Below, piece after piece: positions 13,347-23,658 of a DNA stretch of 64,000 bases. Location of the stretch: sequence record PZ347775.1. One strand, written 5' to 3'. A model generated the notes under the pieces. That model saw nothing but the letters and a program-made list of their open reading frames with translations. It was not told the DNA's origin and ran no database searches. The position numbers were made by a program, and so were the translations under genes. Position 1 is the first letter of the stretch; each line of letters opens with the position of its first letter. Origin of the DNA: a phage.

Positions 13347-13682
13347 CTAATATAAAGGATCGGGAACATATCCACTAGCTTTAATCATTTTAATTAATGT
13401 TAACATTCCTTTATTAACTGCTCGTGAAATTTCATCAAAAACTTCATCACTAAAAAGTTCTAACACGCCCTTCTGAACTTTTAATTTACAACCAACAATT
13501 TCGTCATCGCCTATAGTAAATTCGTTTCCGCCAATTCCACCGAAAAACTTAATTACGCCAGTTAACTGTCTTCCACGAGAATATGGGTCGTGTGATAAAG
13601 TAATATGAGTCACCCCAGGTACAGTTTTAAATTGGCAGCGAATGTTTACTTGGGAAATTCCAGTTACATGAATGTCAGACAT
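13347..13682 (-). CDS. hypothetical protein (111 aa)
   Basis: ORF track. Confidence 0.55.
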   Translation of the reverse strand: MSDIHVTGISQVNIRCQFKTVPGVTHITLSHDPYSRGRQLTGVIKFFGGIGGNEFTIGDDEIVGCKLKVQKGVLELFSDEVFDEISRAVNKGMLTLIKMIKASGYVPDPLY

Positions 13683-13692
13683 AATATTTTCC

Positions 13693-13935
13693 TCAAACAG
13701 ACTTTTTCACAGTTTTCCAATCAGCTTTAAACTGATCGACGTCAGAATGGTAAATCCAGAATCCTGCGCTTTCTCCATCTTCATAAAGAGGACATCCATC
13801 GCATTCATCTTCCCATCCCATATCACGCAAAAGACGTTCAGCTTTTTCAACAAGTTCAGAATCTTTACCGATGATATTAAAATACCATTTACCCCTAACT
13901 TCTGAATCTTTAATGCTCTGACGTTGTAATCTCAT
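13693..13935 (-). CDS. hypothetical protein (80 aa)
   Basis: ORF track; AAGGAG SD; early promoter upstream. Confidence 0.55.
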   Translation of the reverse strand: MRLQRQSIKDSEVRGKWYFNIIGKDSELVEKAERLLRDMGWEDECDGCPLYEDGESAGFWIYHSDVDQFKADWKTVKKSV

Positions 13936-13960
13936 TTTATTCTCCTTAGTTGATAGGGTA

Positions 13961-13990
13961 ATAGTATCACACTACTACCCTACTGTAAAC
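13961..13990 (-). promoter_or_regulatory. sigma70 early promoter (GTTTAC -35, TACTAT -10) with stem-loop
   Basis: Reverse complement GTTTAC-18nt-TACTAT; inverted repeat agggta/taccct within spacer. Confidence 0.5.
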
Positions 13991-14352
13991 TACTTTTTGA
14001 AAGTTTTTCGCAAAAGTTCAATGATTTCATCTACATTGTTTTCGTCAACAATGCAGTGAATTTTTGTTACGCCAGAAACCTTGTCTTCGACTTCATCTTC
14101 AGAAGTCGGTTCTTTATACTCACGAAAACAATGAAATTCATCTTCGCAGACGTTGAAGTAAAAATGCTTTCCATTGGCGCATTCTACGTGTTTTACTACT
14201 TTAAATCCATCAGCAAAGAAAACTTCTTTAACTTCAAACCATCCGCCATTTTCTTGAATAGCTTTAACTATTAATGAATTAGAACGCGGGCGATAATTAA
14301 TAAATGTATCAATAAGTCTTGGAACAAGTTCGTACTTTTTATCAATATACAT
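13990..14352 (-). CDS. hypothetical protein (120 aa)
   Basis: ORF track. Confidence 0.55.
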   Translation of the reverse strand: MYIDKKYELVPRLIDTFINYRPRSNSLIVKAIQENGGWFEVKEVFFADGFKVVKHVECANGKHFYFNVCEDEFHCFREYKEPTSEDEVEDKVSGVTKIHCIVDENNVDEIIELLRKTFKK

Positions 14353-14396
14353 TATGTTTTCCTCATTTTAATAGGGGCTTGATAGCCCCTCGATAA

Positions 14397-14627
14397 TTAC
14401 TGTTCAATCAATCCCATGTAAAATTCTGCATCTTCAGCATCCATACCATCACAGTATTCATTAGCCATAAATCGTTCAAGAACTTCTAAAGGACCTTCAA
14501 TAACAATAGAAAAATTGCAATAATTGGGATCATCATGAATACTTGTGATACTAAGTTCAGGATAACGATTACGAATAATTTCTTCAATATATTCAAAATC
14601 AACGATGTCAATATCAACTTTAGCCAT
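14397..14627 (-). CDS. hypothetical protein (about 76 aa)
   Basis: Track ORF 14397..14699 trimmed to internal Met (MAKVDIDIV) with AGAGGA SD so it no longer overlaps gene 32. Confidence 0.45.
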   Translation of the reverse strand: MAKVDIDIVDFEYIEEIIRNRYPELSITSIHDDPNYCNFSIVIEGPLEVLERFMANEYCDGMDAEDAEFYMGLIEQ

Positions 14628-14640
14628 ATTATTTTCCTCT

Positions 14641-15564
14641 TTAATCATCAGCAGTATTGCCGATAGTTGTATAGTACCATAGGTCCGTGTCATCAGCACT
14701 AGATGAACTGCCAGAGCTTGAGCTCATAAAATCATCTTCAGTTTTTGTTTTGAAGTCATCAACATTGAATGCATCCAAATCATCAGCAACTTTATCGGCT
14801 TTCTTAGCAGCAGTTGCTGCGGCACCACCCATAGCAGCAGTTCCCATAACTTGACTGAACTTAGTGCTCAGTTCTTCAAACGATTTGAATTTATCTTTAG
14901 AAGTCATTTCAGAAAGGTCAACCATTTGTTCGAACAGTTCTTTCTGGAAAGATTCATCATCAATGTTTGGAATCGCAGATTGATTCAGGAATTTAGATTC
15001 GTCGTAGTTACTAAAACCAGAAACTTGTTTAACTTTCAATACAAAGTTAGCACCTTCCCACGGACAAGTTACATCAACCGGAGTTTCACCCATTTCAACA
15101 TCAACTGCAATCATTGCATTGATTTTATCCCAGATTTTCTTACCGAAACGGTATTTAAATACTTTACCTTCATTTTCTGGAGCAGCTGGGTCTTTTACTA
15201 CAAGAATGTTAGCCCAGTAAGAAGTTTTACGTTTAACAAGACCGTACTCTTTATTGTCAGTGTTATACAAATCATTTTTACTGATGTACTGACATACTGG
15301 ACAAGAATCGTAATCACCGTGGGTGGATGAACAGTTTTCAATATACCATTTACCATTTTTCTTGAAACCGTGATTTACAAGAATTGCGAATGGTGCTTGT
15401 TCATCATTTTTAGACGGAAGAAAACGAATTACTGCTTGACCGTTACCCGCATTGTCGAGTTTCAGTTTCCACTCGCCTTTATCTTCAGAAGAAAAACCAC
15501 CTTTATTTCCAGCCAGTTTAGCCATTTGTGCAGCGAGTTCAGCAGTAGATTTACGTTTAAACAT
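14641..15564 (-). CDS. 32: single-stranded DNA-binding protein gp32
   Basis: 307 aa; zinc-binding motif H...C...C...C ([12 protein letters not shown]); acidic C-terminus. Confidence 0.95.
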   Translation of the reverse strand: MFKRKSTAELAAQMAKLAGNKGGFSSEDKGEWKLKLDNAGNGQAVIRFLPSKNDEQAPFAILVNHGFKKNGKWYIENCSSTHGDYDSCPVCQYISKNDLYNTDNKEYGLVKRKTSYWANILVVKDPAAPENEGKVFKYRFGKKIWDKINAMIAVDVEMGETPVDVTCPWEGANFVLKVKQVSGFSNYDESKFLNQSAIPNIDDESFQKELFEQMVDLSEMTSKDKFKSFEELSTKFSQVMGTAAMGGAAATAAKKADKVADDLDAFNVDDFKTKTEDDFMSSSSGSSSSADDTDLWYYTTIGNTADD

Positions 15565-15640
15565 TTTTATTTCCTTTTTAATTTAATTAACAGTTGGTGC
15601 TATGACGATGTATGACCTCATAGCTGGTCAGTGAGATAAT
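15565..15640 (-). promoter_or_regulatory. gene 32 translational operator (A/U-rich leader, autoregulation site)
   Basis: mRNA leader reads ...UUAAUUAAAUUAAAAAGGAAAUAAAAAUG, the unstructured A/U-rich gp32 binding region known from T4. Confidence 0.6.
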
Positions 15641-15647
15641 TATAATC

Positions 15648-15655
15648 TATTTATA
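15648..15655 (-). promoter_or_regulatory. late promoter -10 element TATAAATA upstream of gene 32
   Basis: Exact TATAAATA on minus strand about 85 nt upstream of gene 32 start. Confidence 0.5.
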
Positions 15656-15663
15656 ATAAGCAA

Positions 15664-16317
15664 TTAATACTTGCAAGATTTCACAGTTTCAATGAAAACA
15701 CTTTTAGCTTTCTGTGAATCAATATTTAAAATTTTTCTATAAGCCTTTAACTTTATAGAATAATTATTCCAGACTAAATTATCAGTCTGTTCATCATGTT
15801 TATCGATTATATTTAAAAACGAATCAAGCAAGATAAACGTCTCAAACGAAATTATATTCGATTGAAGTAGTTTAAAAATATAACTTGATTGAACTTTTGG
15901 ATTATATTCAAAAATTTCTTTAAAAGCAGAAACTTCAACTTTTTTACTAAAATAATAAATGTTGCGAATATCTTCTTCAAACTTAAATTTAATTTGCTTT
16001 AAGCGTCCGATATATTCACGATAAAACACAAGTGCATCAGCGTCAGAGATGTCACCAATCCAAGCATCTTGGTTAGCAACCAGATTGCTTATAAAGATTA
16101 AAGCAAGTTCCTTTAATTTATATTTTTCTGATAACTTCTGGAAAAAATACTTATCCCTTCGCTTTTGATAAGCGGCATCAGACACCCGCATGCACCAATT
16201 ATACTTAATTACATCATACTTTCCATTCATATGTTGTTTTATCATTAAGTATAATTTATAAACTGATTTACCATCAATATATCTTTCACCACCAGCAGGC
16301 ATGCGGAGTTTAATCAT
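15664..16317 (-). CDS. 59: helicase loader gp59
   Basis: 217 aa, the T4 gp59 length; position between 32 and 33. Confidence 0.8.
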   Translation of the reverse strand: MIKLRMPAGGERYIDGKSVYKLYLMIKQHMNGKYDVIKYNWCMRVSDAAYQKRRDKYFFQKLSEKYKLKELALIFISNLVANQDAWIGDISDADALVFYREYIGRLKQIKFKFEEDIRNIYYFSKKVEVSAFKEIFEYNPKVQSSYIFKLLQSNIISFETFILLDSFLNIIDKHDEQTDNLVWNNYSIKLKAYRKILNIDSQKAKSVFIETVKSCKY

Positions 16318-16652
16318 AGTAGAAAATCTAATGTATTAGTTTTTTCACAACGAACAACAGAAGGACGTAAAAGATTTTCGTCGATAGCTTCTGACTGAAT
16401 TTTTTCAATTATACCCGAAGGAATAAATTTAGCAAATTGAGTTTCAGGAATAGAATTTTCTTCTAAGAATGCTGTTGTAGCTTCAAGATAACTCATTCCA
16501 AACTCTTCTACCATTTTTTCAATAATAAATCCATTTTCTTGACGGTCAAGAAGCTTTGCTATTTCATCCTTTTCTTTCTTAATTGAAAGTTCTTTTTCTG
16601 AAAGACCGGTCTCATCGACCGGACGAATATCATTTAGAGAAAACTGTGTCAT
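16314..16652 (-). CDS. 33: late transcription co-activator gp33
   Basis: 112 aa from MTQFSL; track start is a non-ATG codon 3 codons upstream; position as in T4. Confidence 0.8.
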   Translation of the reverse strand: MTQFSLNDIRPVDETGLSEKELSIKKEKDEIAKLLDRQENGFIIEKMVEEFGMSYLEATTAFLEENSIPETQFAKFIPSGIIEKIQSEAIDENLLRPSVVRCEKTNTLDFLL

Positions 16653-16899
16653 AAAGTTCAACTACCTCTTCAGTTTCAGCTTCAAACACATCACGGTTAT
16701 CTTTATGATACAAAGCTAATAGACGATTAAACATCTTACCATCAACGCCAAGTTCATCTTTAGCACGAATTCGAATATCTTTAATCAATTCATTATAACC
16801 AGAAATTTTCAATTTATGGTCAGATGCTTCTTTGATAAATTTGGCCAAGTCTTCGCCATGGATAGCTTCATCAAATTCAACCATTTCTTTTTTAGCCAT
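16630..16899 (-). CDS. dsbA: dsDNA-binding protein DsbA
   Basis: 89 aa; basic/acidic small protein between rnh and 33 as in T4. Confidence 0.65.
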   Translation of the reverse strand: MAKKEMVEFDEAIHGEDLAKFIKEASDHKLKISGYNELIKDIRIRAKDELGVDGKMFNRLLALYHKDNRDVFEAETEEVVELYDTVFSK

Positions 16900-16907
16900 T
16901 ATTCACC

Positions 16908-17825
16908 TCAAAATTCATTAATGCTATTAGTTAATTTAGAAAGACCCGCTTTTACAAAATATGAATAAATTTTGCCACGCGGTGGTAATTTATATGAATT
17001 ATAGTAATTCACGATGTTTGAAGCAATATTATCAGGAATATAATCGAAATCAATTAGAACTAAATTTTCTTTATATCGATTATATTCAGATTCAGTGAGA
17101 AGCACCTTAGCTTGCTCACGGTCATTAGCAATAGCTTCAACGATTGAAGTTTTCATTGAAGGAGTTCGTTCACCTTCAACTCTAGTAAACCAAAAGTCAG
17201 ATCGTACTTTAACTGAAGCAACGTTATCCTTTTTGTCACCTTTAAGGATTTTAGTCATACAGTCAATTTCAGCAGAACCGCTTTTAATTTTAACCCATTT
17301 CTTGTGCATCGGTGACCATTGCTTAACATTTGGATATTTGTGAAGTTGAGTAAAGTCACCATCCGATGAAATGATTAAAATCTTATGTCCTTCTAAAGAA
17401 AACTTTTTAACAAGAACAGCAATATGGTCATCTGCTTCATACTTATCAATATCCATAACAATGTATGGCATATAAGCTTTCAATTCATCTATAACTTTAT
17501 GGCTGGATTCAAAATAACCTTCCCAGTCCCAAGTAGATTCTTCTCGTGCTTTTCCGCGGTTTTTCTTATAATAATAAGCGAAATCACGACGCCAGTATCC
17601 AGATTTCGCGTTATCAATACACAATACAATTTTAGTGTATCCAAGAGTTTTTGCTTTTTTGACATTAAACTTAATTGAGTTCAATATCAAATGACGAACC
17701 ATTGATAAATTAATTTTTTCTTTATCTGGGAAGTTTACTAGAGCAGTTGAAAGCGCAATTTGACTAAAGTCAATTAAGCAGATTCCTTCTTTGTAATCTT
17801 CATCCAGCATCATTTCTAAATCCAT
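16908..17825 (-). CDS. rnh: RNase H (5'-3' exonuclease, FEN family)
   Basis: 305 aa from MDLEMM (track ORF starts 5 codons earlier at a non-ATG codon); acidic FEN active-site clusters. Confidence 0.9.
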   Translation of the reverse strand: MDLEMMLDEDYKEGICLIDFSQIALSTALVNFPDKEKINLSMVRHLILNSIKFNVKKAKTLGYTKIVLCIDNAKSGYWRRDFAYYYKKNRGKAREESTWDWEGYFESSHKVIDELKAYMPYIVMDIDKYEADDHIAVLVKKFSLEGHKILIISSDGDFTQLHKYPNVKQWSPMHKKWVKIKSGSAEIDCMTKILKGDKKDNVASVKVRSDFWFTRVEGERTPSMKTSIVEAIANDREQAKVLLTESEYNRYKENLVLIDFDYIPDNIASNIVNYYNSYKLPPRGKIYSYFVKAGLSKLTNSINEF

Positions 17826-17854
17826 ATGAACCTCGTTCAATTAGTGAGATTTCT

Positions 17855-17884
17855 ATTATATACCATCCGAATCTTAAAGTAAAC
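17855..17884 (-). promoter_or_regulatory. sigma70 early promoter for rnh (GTTTAC -35, TATAAT -10)
   Basis: Reverse complement GTTTAC-18nt-TATAAT immediately upstream of rnh. Confidence 0.55.
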
Positions 17885-17887
17885 AAG

Positions 17888-17895
17888 TATAAATA
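17888..17895 (+). promoter_or_regulatory. late promoter TATAAATA for tail fiber gene 34
   Basis: Exact TATAAATA 34 nt upstream of gene 34 ATG; GGAG SD follows. Confidence 0.65.
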
Positions 17896-17928
17896 CTTAT
17901 TATTGAAAACACAATAGGAGCCGGGAGA

Positions 17929-20900
17929 ATGGCCGAGATTAAAAGAAAGTTCAGAGCAGAAGATGGTCTGGACGCAGGTGGCGATAAAATAATCAACGTA
18001 GCTTTAGCTGATCGTACCGTAGGAACTGACGGTGTTAACGTTGATTACCTAATTCAAGAAAACACAGTTCAACAATATGATCCAACTCGTGGATATTTAA
18101 AAGATTTTGTAATCATTTATGATAACCGCTTTTGGGCTGCTATAAATGATATTCCAAAACCGGCAGGAACTTTTAATAGTGGACGCTGGAGAGCATTGCG
18201 TACTGATGCTAACTGGATCACAGTTTCATCTGGTTCATATCAATTAAAATCTGGTGAAGCTATTTCAGTTAACACTGCAGCTGGTAATGATATCACATTT
18301 ACTTTACCATCTACTCCAATTGATGGTGATACTATCGTTCTCCAAGACATTGGAGGAAAACCTGGAGTTAACCAAGTTTTAATTGTAGCTCCAGTGCAAA
18401 GTATTGTAAACTTCAGAGGTCAGCAAGTACGTTCAGTACTAATGACTCATCCAAAGTCGCAGTTAGTTTTAATTTTTAGCAATCGTCTGTGGCAAATGTA
18501 TGTGGCTGATTATAGTAGAGAAGCTGTAGTTGTAACACCAGCGAATACTTATCAAGCGCAATCCAACGATTTTATCGTACGTAGATTTACTTCTGCTGCA
18601 CCGATTAATATTAAACTTCCGAGATTTGCTAATCACGGCGATATTATTAATTTCGTCGATTTGGATAAATTAAACCCTCTTTATCATACAATTGTTACTA
18701 CATACGATGAAACGACATCAGTACAAGAAGATGGAACTCATTCCATTGAAGGCCGTACATCTATTGATGGTTTCTTGATGTATGATGATAATGAAAAATT
18801 GTGGAGATTGTTTGACGGGGATAGTAAAGCACGTTTACGTATCATAACAACTAATTCAAACATTCGTCCAAATGAAGAAGTTATGGTATTTGGTGCGAAT
18901 AATGGAACAACCCAAACAATTGAACTTCAGCTTCCAACTAATATTTCTGTTGGTGATACTGTCAAAATTTCCATGAATTACATGCGAAAAGGACAAACAG
19001 TTAAAATCAAAGCTGCAGGTGAAGATAAAATTGCTTCTTCAGTTCAATTGCTGCAATTCCCAAAACGTTCAGAATATCCACCTGAAGCTGAATGGGTGAC
19101 TGTTCAAGAATTAGTTTTTAACGGTGAAACTAATTATGTTCCAGTTTTACAACTTGCTTATATAGAAGATTCTGACGGAAAATACTGGGTTGTACAGCAA
19201 AACGTTCCAACTGTTGAAAGAGTTGATTCTTTAAATGATTCTACTAGAGCAAGATTAGGCGTAATTGCTTTAGCTACACAAGCTCAAGCTAATGTCGATT
19301 TAGAAAATTCTCCACAAAAAGAATTAGCAATTACTCCAGAAACATTAGCTAACCGTACTGCTACAGAAACTCGTAGAGGTATCGCAAGAATAGCAACTAC
19401 TGCTCAAGTGAATCAGAACACTACATTCTCTTTTGCTGACGATATTATCATCACTCCTAAAAAGCTGAATGAAAGAACTGCTACAGAAACTCGTAGAGGT
19501 GTTGCTGAAATTGCTACGCAGCAGGAAACTAATGCAGGTACTGATGATACTACAATCATCACTCCTAAAAAGCTTCAAGCTCGTCAAGGTTCTGAATCAT
19601 TATCTGGTATTGTAACCTTTGTATCTACCGCAGGAGCTACTCCAGCTTCTAGCCGTGAATTAAATGGTACAAATGTTTACAATAAAAACACTAATAATTT
19701 AGTTGTTTCGCCTAAAGCTTTGGATCAGTATAAAGCTACTCCAACACAACAAGGTGCAGTAATTTTAGCAGTTGAAAGCGAAGTAATTGCTGGACAGAGT
19801 CAAGAAGGATGGGCAAATGCTGTTGTAACGCCAGAAACGTTACATAAAAAGACATCAACTGATGCAAGAATTGGTTTAATTGAAATTGCTACACAAAGTG
19901 AAGTTAATACAGGAACTGATTATACTCGTGCAGTCACTCCTAAAACTTTAAATGACCGTATAGCAACTGAAAGTTTAAGTGGTATAGCTGAAATTGCTAC
20001 GCAAGTTGAATTCGACGCAGGCGTCGACGATACTCGTATCTCTACACCATTAAAAATTAAAACCAGATTTAATAGTACTGATCGTACTTCTGTTGTTGCT
20101 CTATCTGGATTAGTTGAATCAGGAACTCTCTGGGACCATTATACCCTTAATATTCTTGAAGCAAATGAGACACAGCGTGGTACACTTCGTGTAGCTACAC
20201 AAGTTGAAGCTGCTGCAGGAACATTGGATAATGTTTTAATAACTCCTAAAAAGCTTTTAGGTACTAAATCTACCGAATCGCAGGAAGGTGTTATTAAAGT
20301 TGCAACTCAGTCTGAAACTGTAACTGGAACGTCAGCAAATACTGCTGTATCTCCAAAAAATTTAAAATGGATTGTGCAGAGTGAACCTACTTGGGCAGCT
20401 ACTACTGCGATAAGAGGTTTTGTTAAAACTTCATCCGGTTCAATTACATTCGTTGGTAATGATACAGCTGGTTCTACGCAGGACTTAGAGCTATACGAGA
20501 AAAATAGCTATGCAGTATCACCGTACGAATTAAACCGTGTATTAGCAAATTATTTGCCGTTAAAAGCAAAAGCCGCTGACGCGAATTTATTAGATGGTCT
20601 AGATTCATCTCAGTTCATTCGTAGGGATATTGCGCAGACGGTTAATGGTTCACTAACCTTAACCCAACAAACGAATCTGAGTGCCCCTCTTGTATCATCT
20701 AGTACTGCTACGTTTGGTGGATCAGTTTCGGCAAATAGTACATTAACTATTTCTAATACTGGAACGGCAACTCGTCTGATTTTTGAGAAAGGACCTCAAA
20801 CTGGAACTAACCCAGTACAGACGATGACTATCAGAGTTTGGGGAAATCAGTTTGGTGGCGGTTCAGATACAACACGTTCTACTGTATTTGAAGTTGGTGA

Positions 20901-21798
20901 TGAAACGTCTAATCACTTTTATTCTCAACGTAATAAAGCTGGGAATATAACGTTTAGTATCAATGGTACTGTGATGCCAATAAATGTTAATGCTTCGGGT
21001 TCTTTGAATGCGAACGGCGTTGCAACATTTGGTAGTTCAGTTACAGCCAATGGTGAATTCATCAGCAAGTCTGCAAATGCTTTCAGAGCAATAAATGGCG
21101 ACTATGGATTCTTTATTCGCAATGATGCTGCTAACACCTATTTTATGCTTACTGCATCGGGTGATCAGACTGGTGGATTTAATGGATTACGTCCTTTATC
21201 TATTAATAATGCATCTGGTCAAGTAACGATTGGTGAAAGCTTAATCATTGCCAAAGGTGCTACTATAAATTCAGGTGGTTTAACTGTTAACTCGAGAATT
21301 CGTTCTCAGGGCACTAAAACTGCTGACCTATACACCCGTGCGCCAACATCTGATACTGTAGGATTCTGGTCAATTGACATTAATGATTCAGCTACTTATA
21401 ACCAGTTCCCAGGTTATTTTAAAATGGTTGAAAAAACTAATGAAGTGACTGGACTTCCATACTTAGAACGTGGAGAAGAGGTTAAATCTCCTGGTACATT
21501 GACTCAATTTGGTAACACACTTGATTCGCTTTACCAAGATTGGATTACTTATCCAACGACTCCAGAAGCGCGTACCACTCGCTGGACACGTACATGGCAG
21601 AAAACCAAAAACTCTTGGTCAAGTTTTGTTCAGGTATTTGACGGAGGTAACCCTCCACAACCATCTGATATTGGTGCTTTACCATCTGATAATGCTACAA
21701 TGGGGAATCTTACTATTCGTGATTTCTTACGAATTGGTAATGTTCGCATTATTCCTGACCCAGTGAATAAAACGGTTAAATTTGAATGGGTTGAATAA
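17929..21798 (+). CDS. 34: long tail fiber proximal subunit gp34
   Basis: 1289 aa; repetitive beta-rich fiber sequence; first gene of late plus-strand fiber module. Confidence 0.9.
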   Translation: MAEIKRKFRAEDGLDAGGDKIINVALADRTVGTDGVNVDYLIQENTVQQYDPTRGYLKDFVIIYDNRFWAAINDIPKPAGTFNSGRWRALRTDANWITVSSGSYQLKSGEAISVNTAAGNDITFTLPSTPIDGDTIVLQDIGGKPGVNQVLIVAPVQSIVNFRGQQVRSVLMTHPKSQLVLIFSNRLWQMYVADYSREAVVVTPANTYQAQSNDFIVRRFTSAAPINIKLPRFANHGDIINFVDLDKLNPLYHTIVTTYDETTSVQEDGTHSIEGRTSIDGFLMYDDNEKLWRLFDGDSKARLRIITTNSNIRPNEEVMVFGANNGTTQTIELQLPTNISVGDTVKISMNYMRKGQTVKIKAAGEDKIASSVQLLQFPKRSEYPPEAEWVTVQELVFNGETNYVPVLQLAYIEDSDGKYWVVQQNVPTVERVDSLNDSTRARLGVIALATQAQANVDLENSPQKELAITPETLANRTATETRRGIARIATTAQVNQNTTFSFADDIIITPKKLNERTATETRRGVAEIATQQETNAGTDDTTIITPKKLQARQGSESLSGIVTFVSTAGATPASSRELNGTNVYNKNTNNLVVSPKALDQYKATPTQQGAVILAVESEVIAGQSQEGWANAVVTPETLHKKTSTDARIGLIEIATQSEVNTGTDYTRAVTPKTLNDRIATESLSGIAEIATQVEFDAGVDDTRISTPLKIKTRFNSTDRTSVVALSGLVESGTLWDHYTLNILEANETQRGTLRVATQVEAAAGTLDNVLITPKKLLGTKSTESQEGVIKVATQSETVTGTSANTAVSPKNLKWIVQSEPTWAATTAIRGFVKTSSGSITFVGNDTAGSTQDLELYEKNSYAVSPYELNRVLANYLPLKAKAADANLLDGLDSSQFIRRDIAQTVNGSLTLTQQTNLSAPLVSSSTATFGGSVSANSTLTISNTGTATRLIFEKGPQTGTNPVQTMTIRVWGNQFGGGSDTTRSTVFEVGDETSNHFYSQRNKAGNITFSINGTVMPINVNASGSLNANGVATFGSSVTANGEFISKSANAFRAINGDYGFFIRNDAANTYFMLTASGDQTGGFNGLRPLSINNASGQVTIGESLIIAKGATINSGGLTVNSRIRSQGTKTADLYTRAPTSDTVGFWSIDINDSATYNQFPGYFKMVEKTNEVTGLPYLERGEEVKSPGTLTQFGNTLDSLYQDWITYPTTPEARTTRWTRTWQKTKNSWSSFVQVFDGGNPPQPSDIGALPSDNATMGNLTIRDFLRIGNVRIIPDPVNKTVKFEWVE
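19351..20260 (+). repeat. in-frame periodic repeats inside gene 34
   Basis: Exact 24-nt actgctacagaaactcgtagaggt at about 19357 and 19477; exact 20-nt atcatcactcctaaaaagct at about 19446 and 19556; protein motif TP.KL..R.ATE..RG.A.IATQ recurs about 7 times. Confidence 0.7.
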
Positions 21799-21806
21799 GA
21801 GGTATT

Positions 21807-22922
21807 ATGGAAAAATTTATGGCAGAGTTTGGACAAGGATATGTCCAAACGCCATTTTTATCGGAAAGTAATTCAGTAAGATACAAAATAAGTATAGCGG
21901 GTTCTTGCCCGCTTTCTACTGCAGGACCACACGTTAAATTTCAGGATAATCCTGTCGGAAATCAAACATTTAATGCAGGTCTTCATCTAAGAGTTTTTGA
22001 CCCTTCCACAGGAGCATTAGTTGATAGTAAGTCATATGCTTTTTCTACTTCAAACGATACTACATCGGCTGCTTTTGTTAGTTTCATGAATTCTTTGACG
22101 AATAACAGACTTGTTGCTATATTAACTAGCGGAAAGGTTAATTTTCCTCCTGAAGTAGTATCTTGGTTAAGAACCGCAGGAACGTCTGCTTTTCCATCTG
22201 ATTCTATATTGTCAAGATTTGACGTATCATATGCTGCCTTTTATACTTCTTCTAAAAGAGCTATTGCATTAGAGCATGTTAAACTGAGTAACAGAAAAAG
22301 CACAGATGACTATCAAACTATTTTAGATGTTGTATTTGACAGTTTAGAAGACGTTGGAGCTACGGGATTTCCTAAAAGAACATACGAAAGCGTTGAGCAA
22401 TTTATGTCAGCAGTCGGTGGAACTAATAACGAAATTGCACGTCTACCAACTTCAGCTGCCATAAGTAAATTATCTGACTATAATTTAATTCCTGGCGATG
22501 TTCTTTATCTCAAAGCACAGTTATATGCTGATGCCGATTTACTTGCGCTTGGAACCACAAATATATCCATCCGTTTTTATAATGCATCTAATGGATATAT
22601 TTCTTCAACACAAGCTGAGTTCACCGGACAAGCTGGGTCTTGGGAATTAAAGGAAGATTATGTAGTTGTTCCAGAAAACGCTGTGGGATTTACGATATAC
22701 GCACAAAGAACTGCACAAGCTGGTCAAGGTGGCATGAGAAATTTAAGCTTTTCTGAAGTGTCAAGAAATGGAGGTATTTCGAAACCTGCTGAATTTGGCG
22801 TCAATGGCATTCGTGTTAATTATATCTGTGAATCTGCTTCACCTCCGGATATAATGGTACTTCCTACGCAAGCATCGTCTAAAACTGGTAAAGTGTTTGG
22901 GCAAGAATTTAGAGAAGTTTAA
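21807..22922 (+). CDS. 35: long tail fiber hinge protein gp35
   Basis: 371 aa; GAGG SD; position between 34 and 36. Confidence 0.85.
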   Translation: MEKFMAEFGQGYVQTPFLSESNSVRYKISIAGSCPLSTAGPHVKFQDNPVGNQTFNAGLHLRVFDPSTGALVDSKSYAFSTSNDTTSAAFVSFMNSLTNNRLVAILTSGKVNFPPEVVSWLRTAGTSAFPSDSILSRFDVSYAAFYTSSKRAIALEHVKLSNRKSTDDYQTILDVVFDSLEDVGATGFPKRTYESVEQFMSAVGGTNNEIARLPTSAAISKLSDYNLIPGDVLYLKAQLYADADLLALGTTNISIRFYNASNGYISSTQAEFTGQAGSWELKEDYVVVPENAVGFTIYAQRTAQAGQGGMRNLSFSEVSRNGGISKPAEFGVNGIRVNYICESASPPDIMVLPTQASSKTGKVFGQEFREV

Positions 22923-22927
22923 ACTGA

Positions 22928-22950
22928 GGGAGCCTTCGGGTTCCCCTTTT
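22928..22950 (+). terminator. rho-independent terminator after gene 35
   Basis: gggagcc-UUCG-gguuccc hairpin followed by cttttcttt. Confidence 0.6.
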
Positions 22951-22953
22951 CTT

Positions 22954-22961
22954 TATAAATA
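22954..22961 (+). promoter_or_regulatory. late promoter TATAAATA for gene 36
   Basis: Exact TATAAATA 24 nt upstream of gene 36 ATG. Confidence 0.6.
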
Positions 22962-22984
22962 CTATTAAAATAAAGGGGCATACA

Positions 22985-23650
22985 ATGGCTGATTTAAAAG
23001 TAGGTTCAACAACTGGAGGCTCTGTTATTTGGCATCAAGGAAATTTTCCATTGAATCCAGCCGGTGACGATGTACTCTATAAATCATTTAAAATATATTC
23101 AGAATATAATAAACCACAAGCTGCAGATAACGATTTCGTTTCTAAAGCTAATGGTGGTACTTATGCATCAAAGGTAACATTTAACGGCGGTGTTCAAGTC
23201 CCATATGCTGTAAACAACACAAACCCATGCGGTATTTATCCAGGTAATGGTGATAATGCTACTTTTGCTGTAACAAATATCGATATTGTTTCGTGGAATG
23301 GTATTGGTTTTAAATCATCACAAGGTTCAGCAGACCGAACTGTTGTAATTAATGCACGTAATGGTGATATTAGTACAAAAGGCATTGTGATAGCAGTAGG
23401 TCAAGTAAAAAGTAACGCAGCTGCTCCTATAGAAGCTCGTGATCTTACTAGAAAGGACTACGTCGATGGAGCAATAAATACTGTTACGGCAAATGCGAAC
23501 TCTAGAGTGTTACGATCTGGTGACACTATGATAGGTAACTTAACCGCACCAAACTTTTTCTCACAGAATCCCGCATCTCAACCTTCACATGTTCCACGAT
23601 TTGACCAAATCGTAATTAAGGATTCTGTTCAAGATTTCGGCTATTATTAA
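22985..23650 (+). CDS. 36: long tail fiber distal connector gp36
   Basis: 221 aa as T4 gp36; between 35 and 37. Confidence 0.85.
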   Translation: MADLKVGSTTGGSVIWHQGNFPLNPAGDDVLYKSFKIYSEYNKPQAADNDFVSKANGGTYASKVTFNGGVQVPYAVNNTNPCGIYPGNGDNATFAVTNIDIVSWNGIGFKSSQGSADRTVVINARNGDISTKGIVIAVGQVKSNAAAPIEARDLTRKDYVDGAINTVTANANSRVLRSGDTMIGNLTAPNFFSQNPASQPSHVPRFDQIVIKDSVQDFGYY

Positions 23651-23658
23651 GAGGACTT

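Noticed and set aside
19345-19587. Minus-strand ORFs inside the tail-fiber genes (19345..19587, 21630..21848, 23616..23852, 26371..26673)
   Set aside because: Embedded antisense within long late genes; Ser/Thr/Cys-rich translations driven by the repeat composition of the fiber genes
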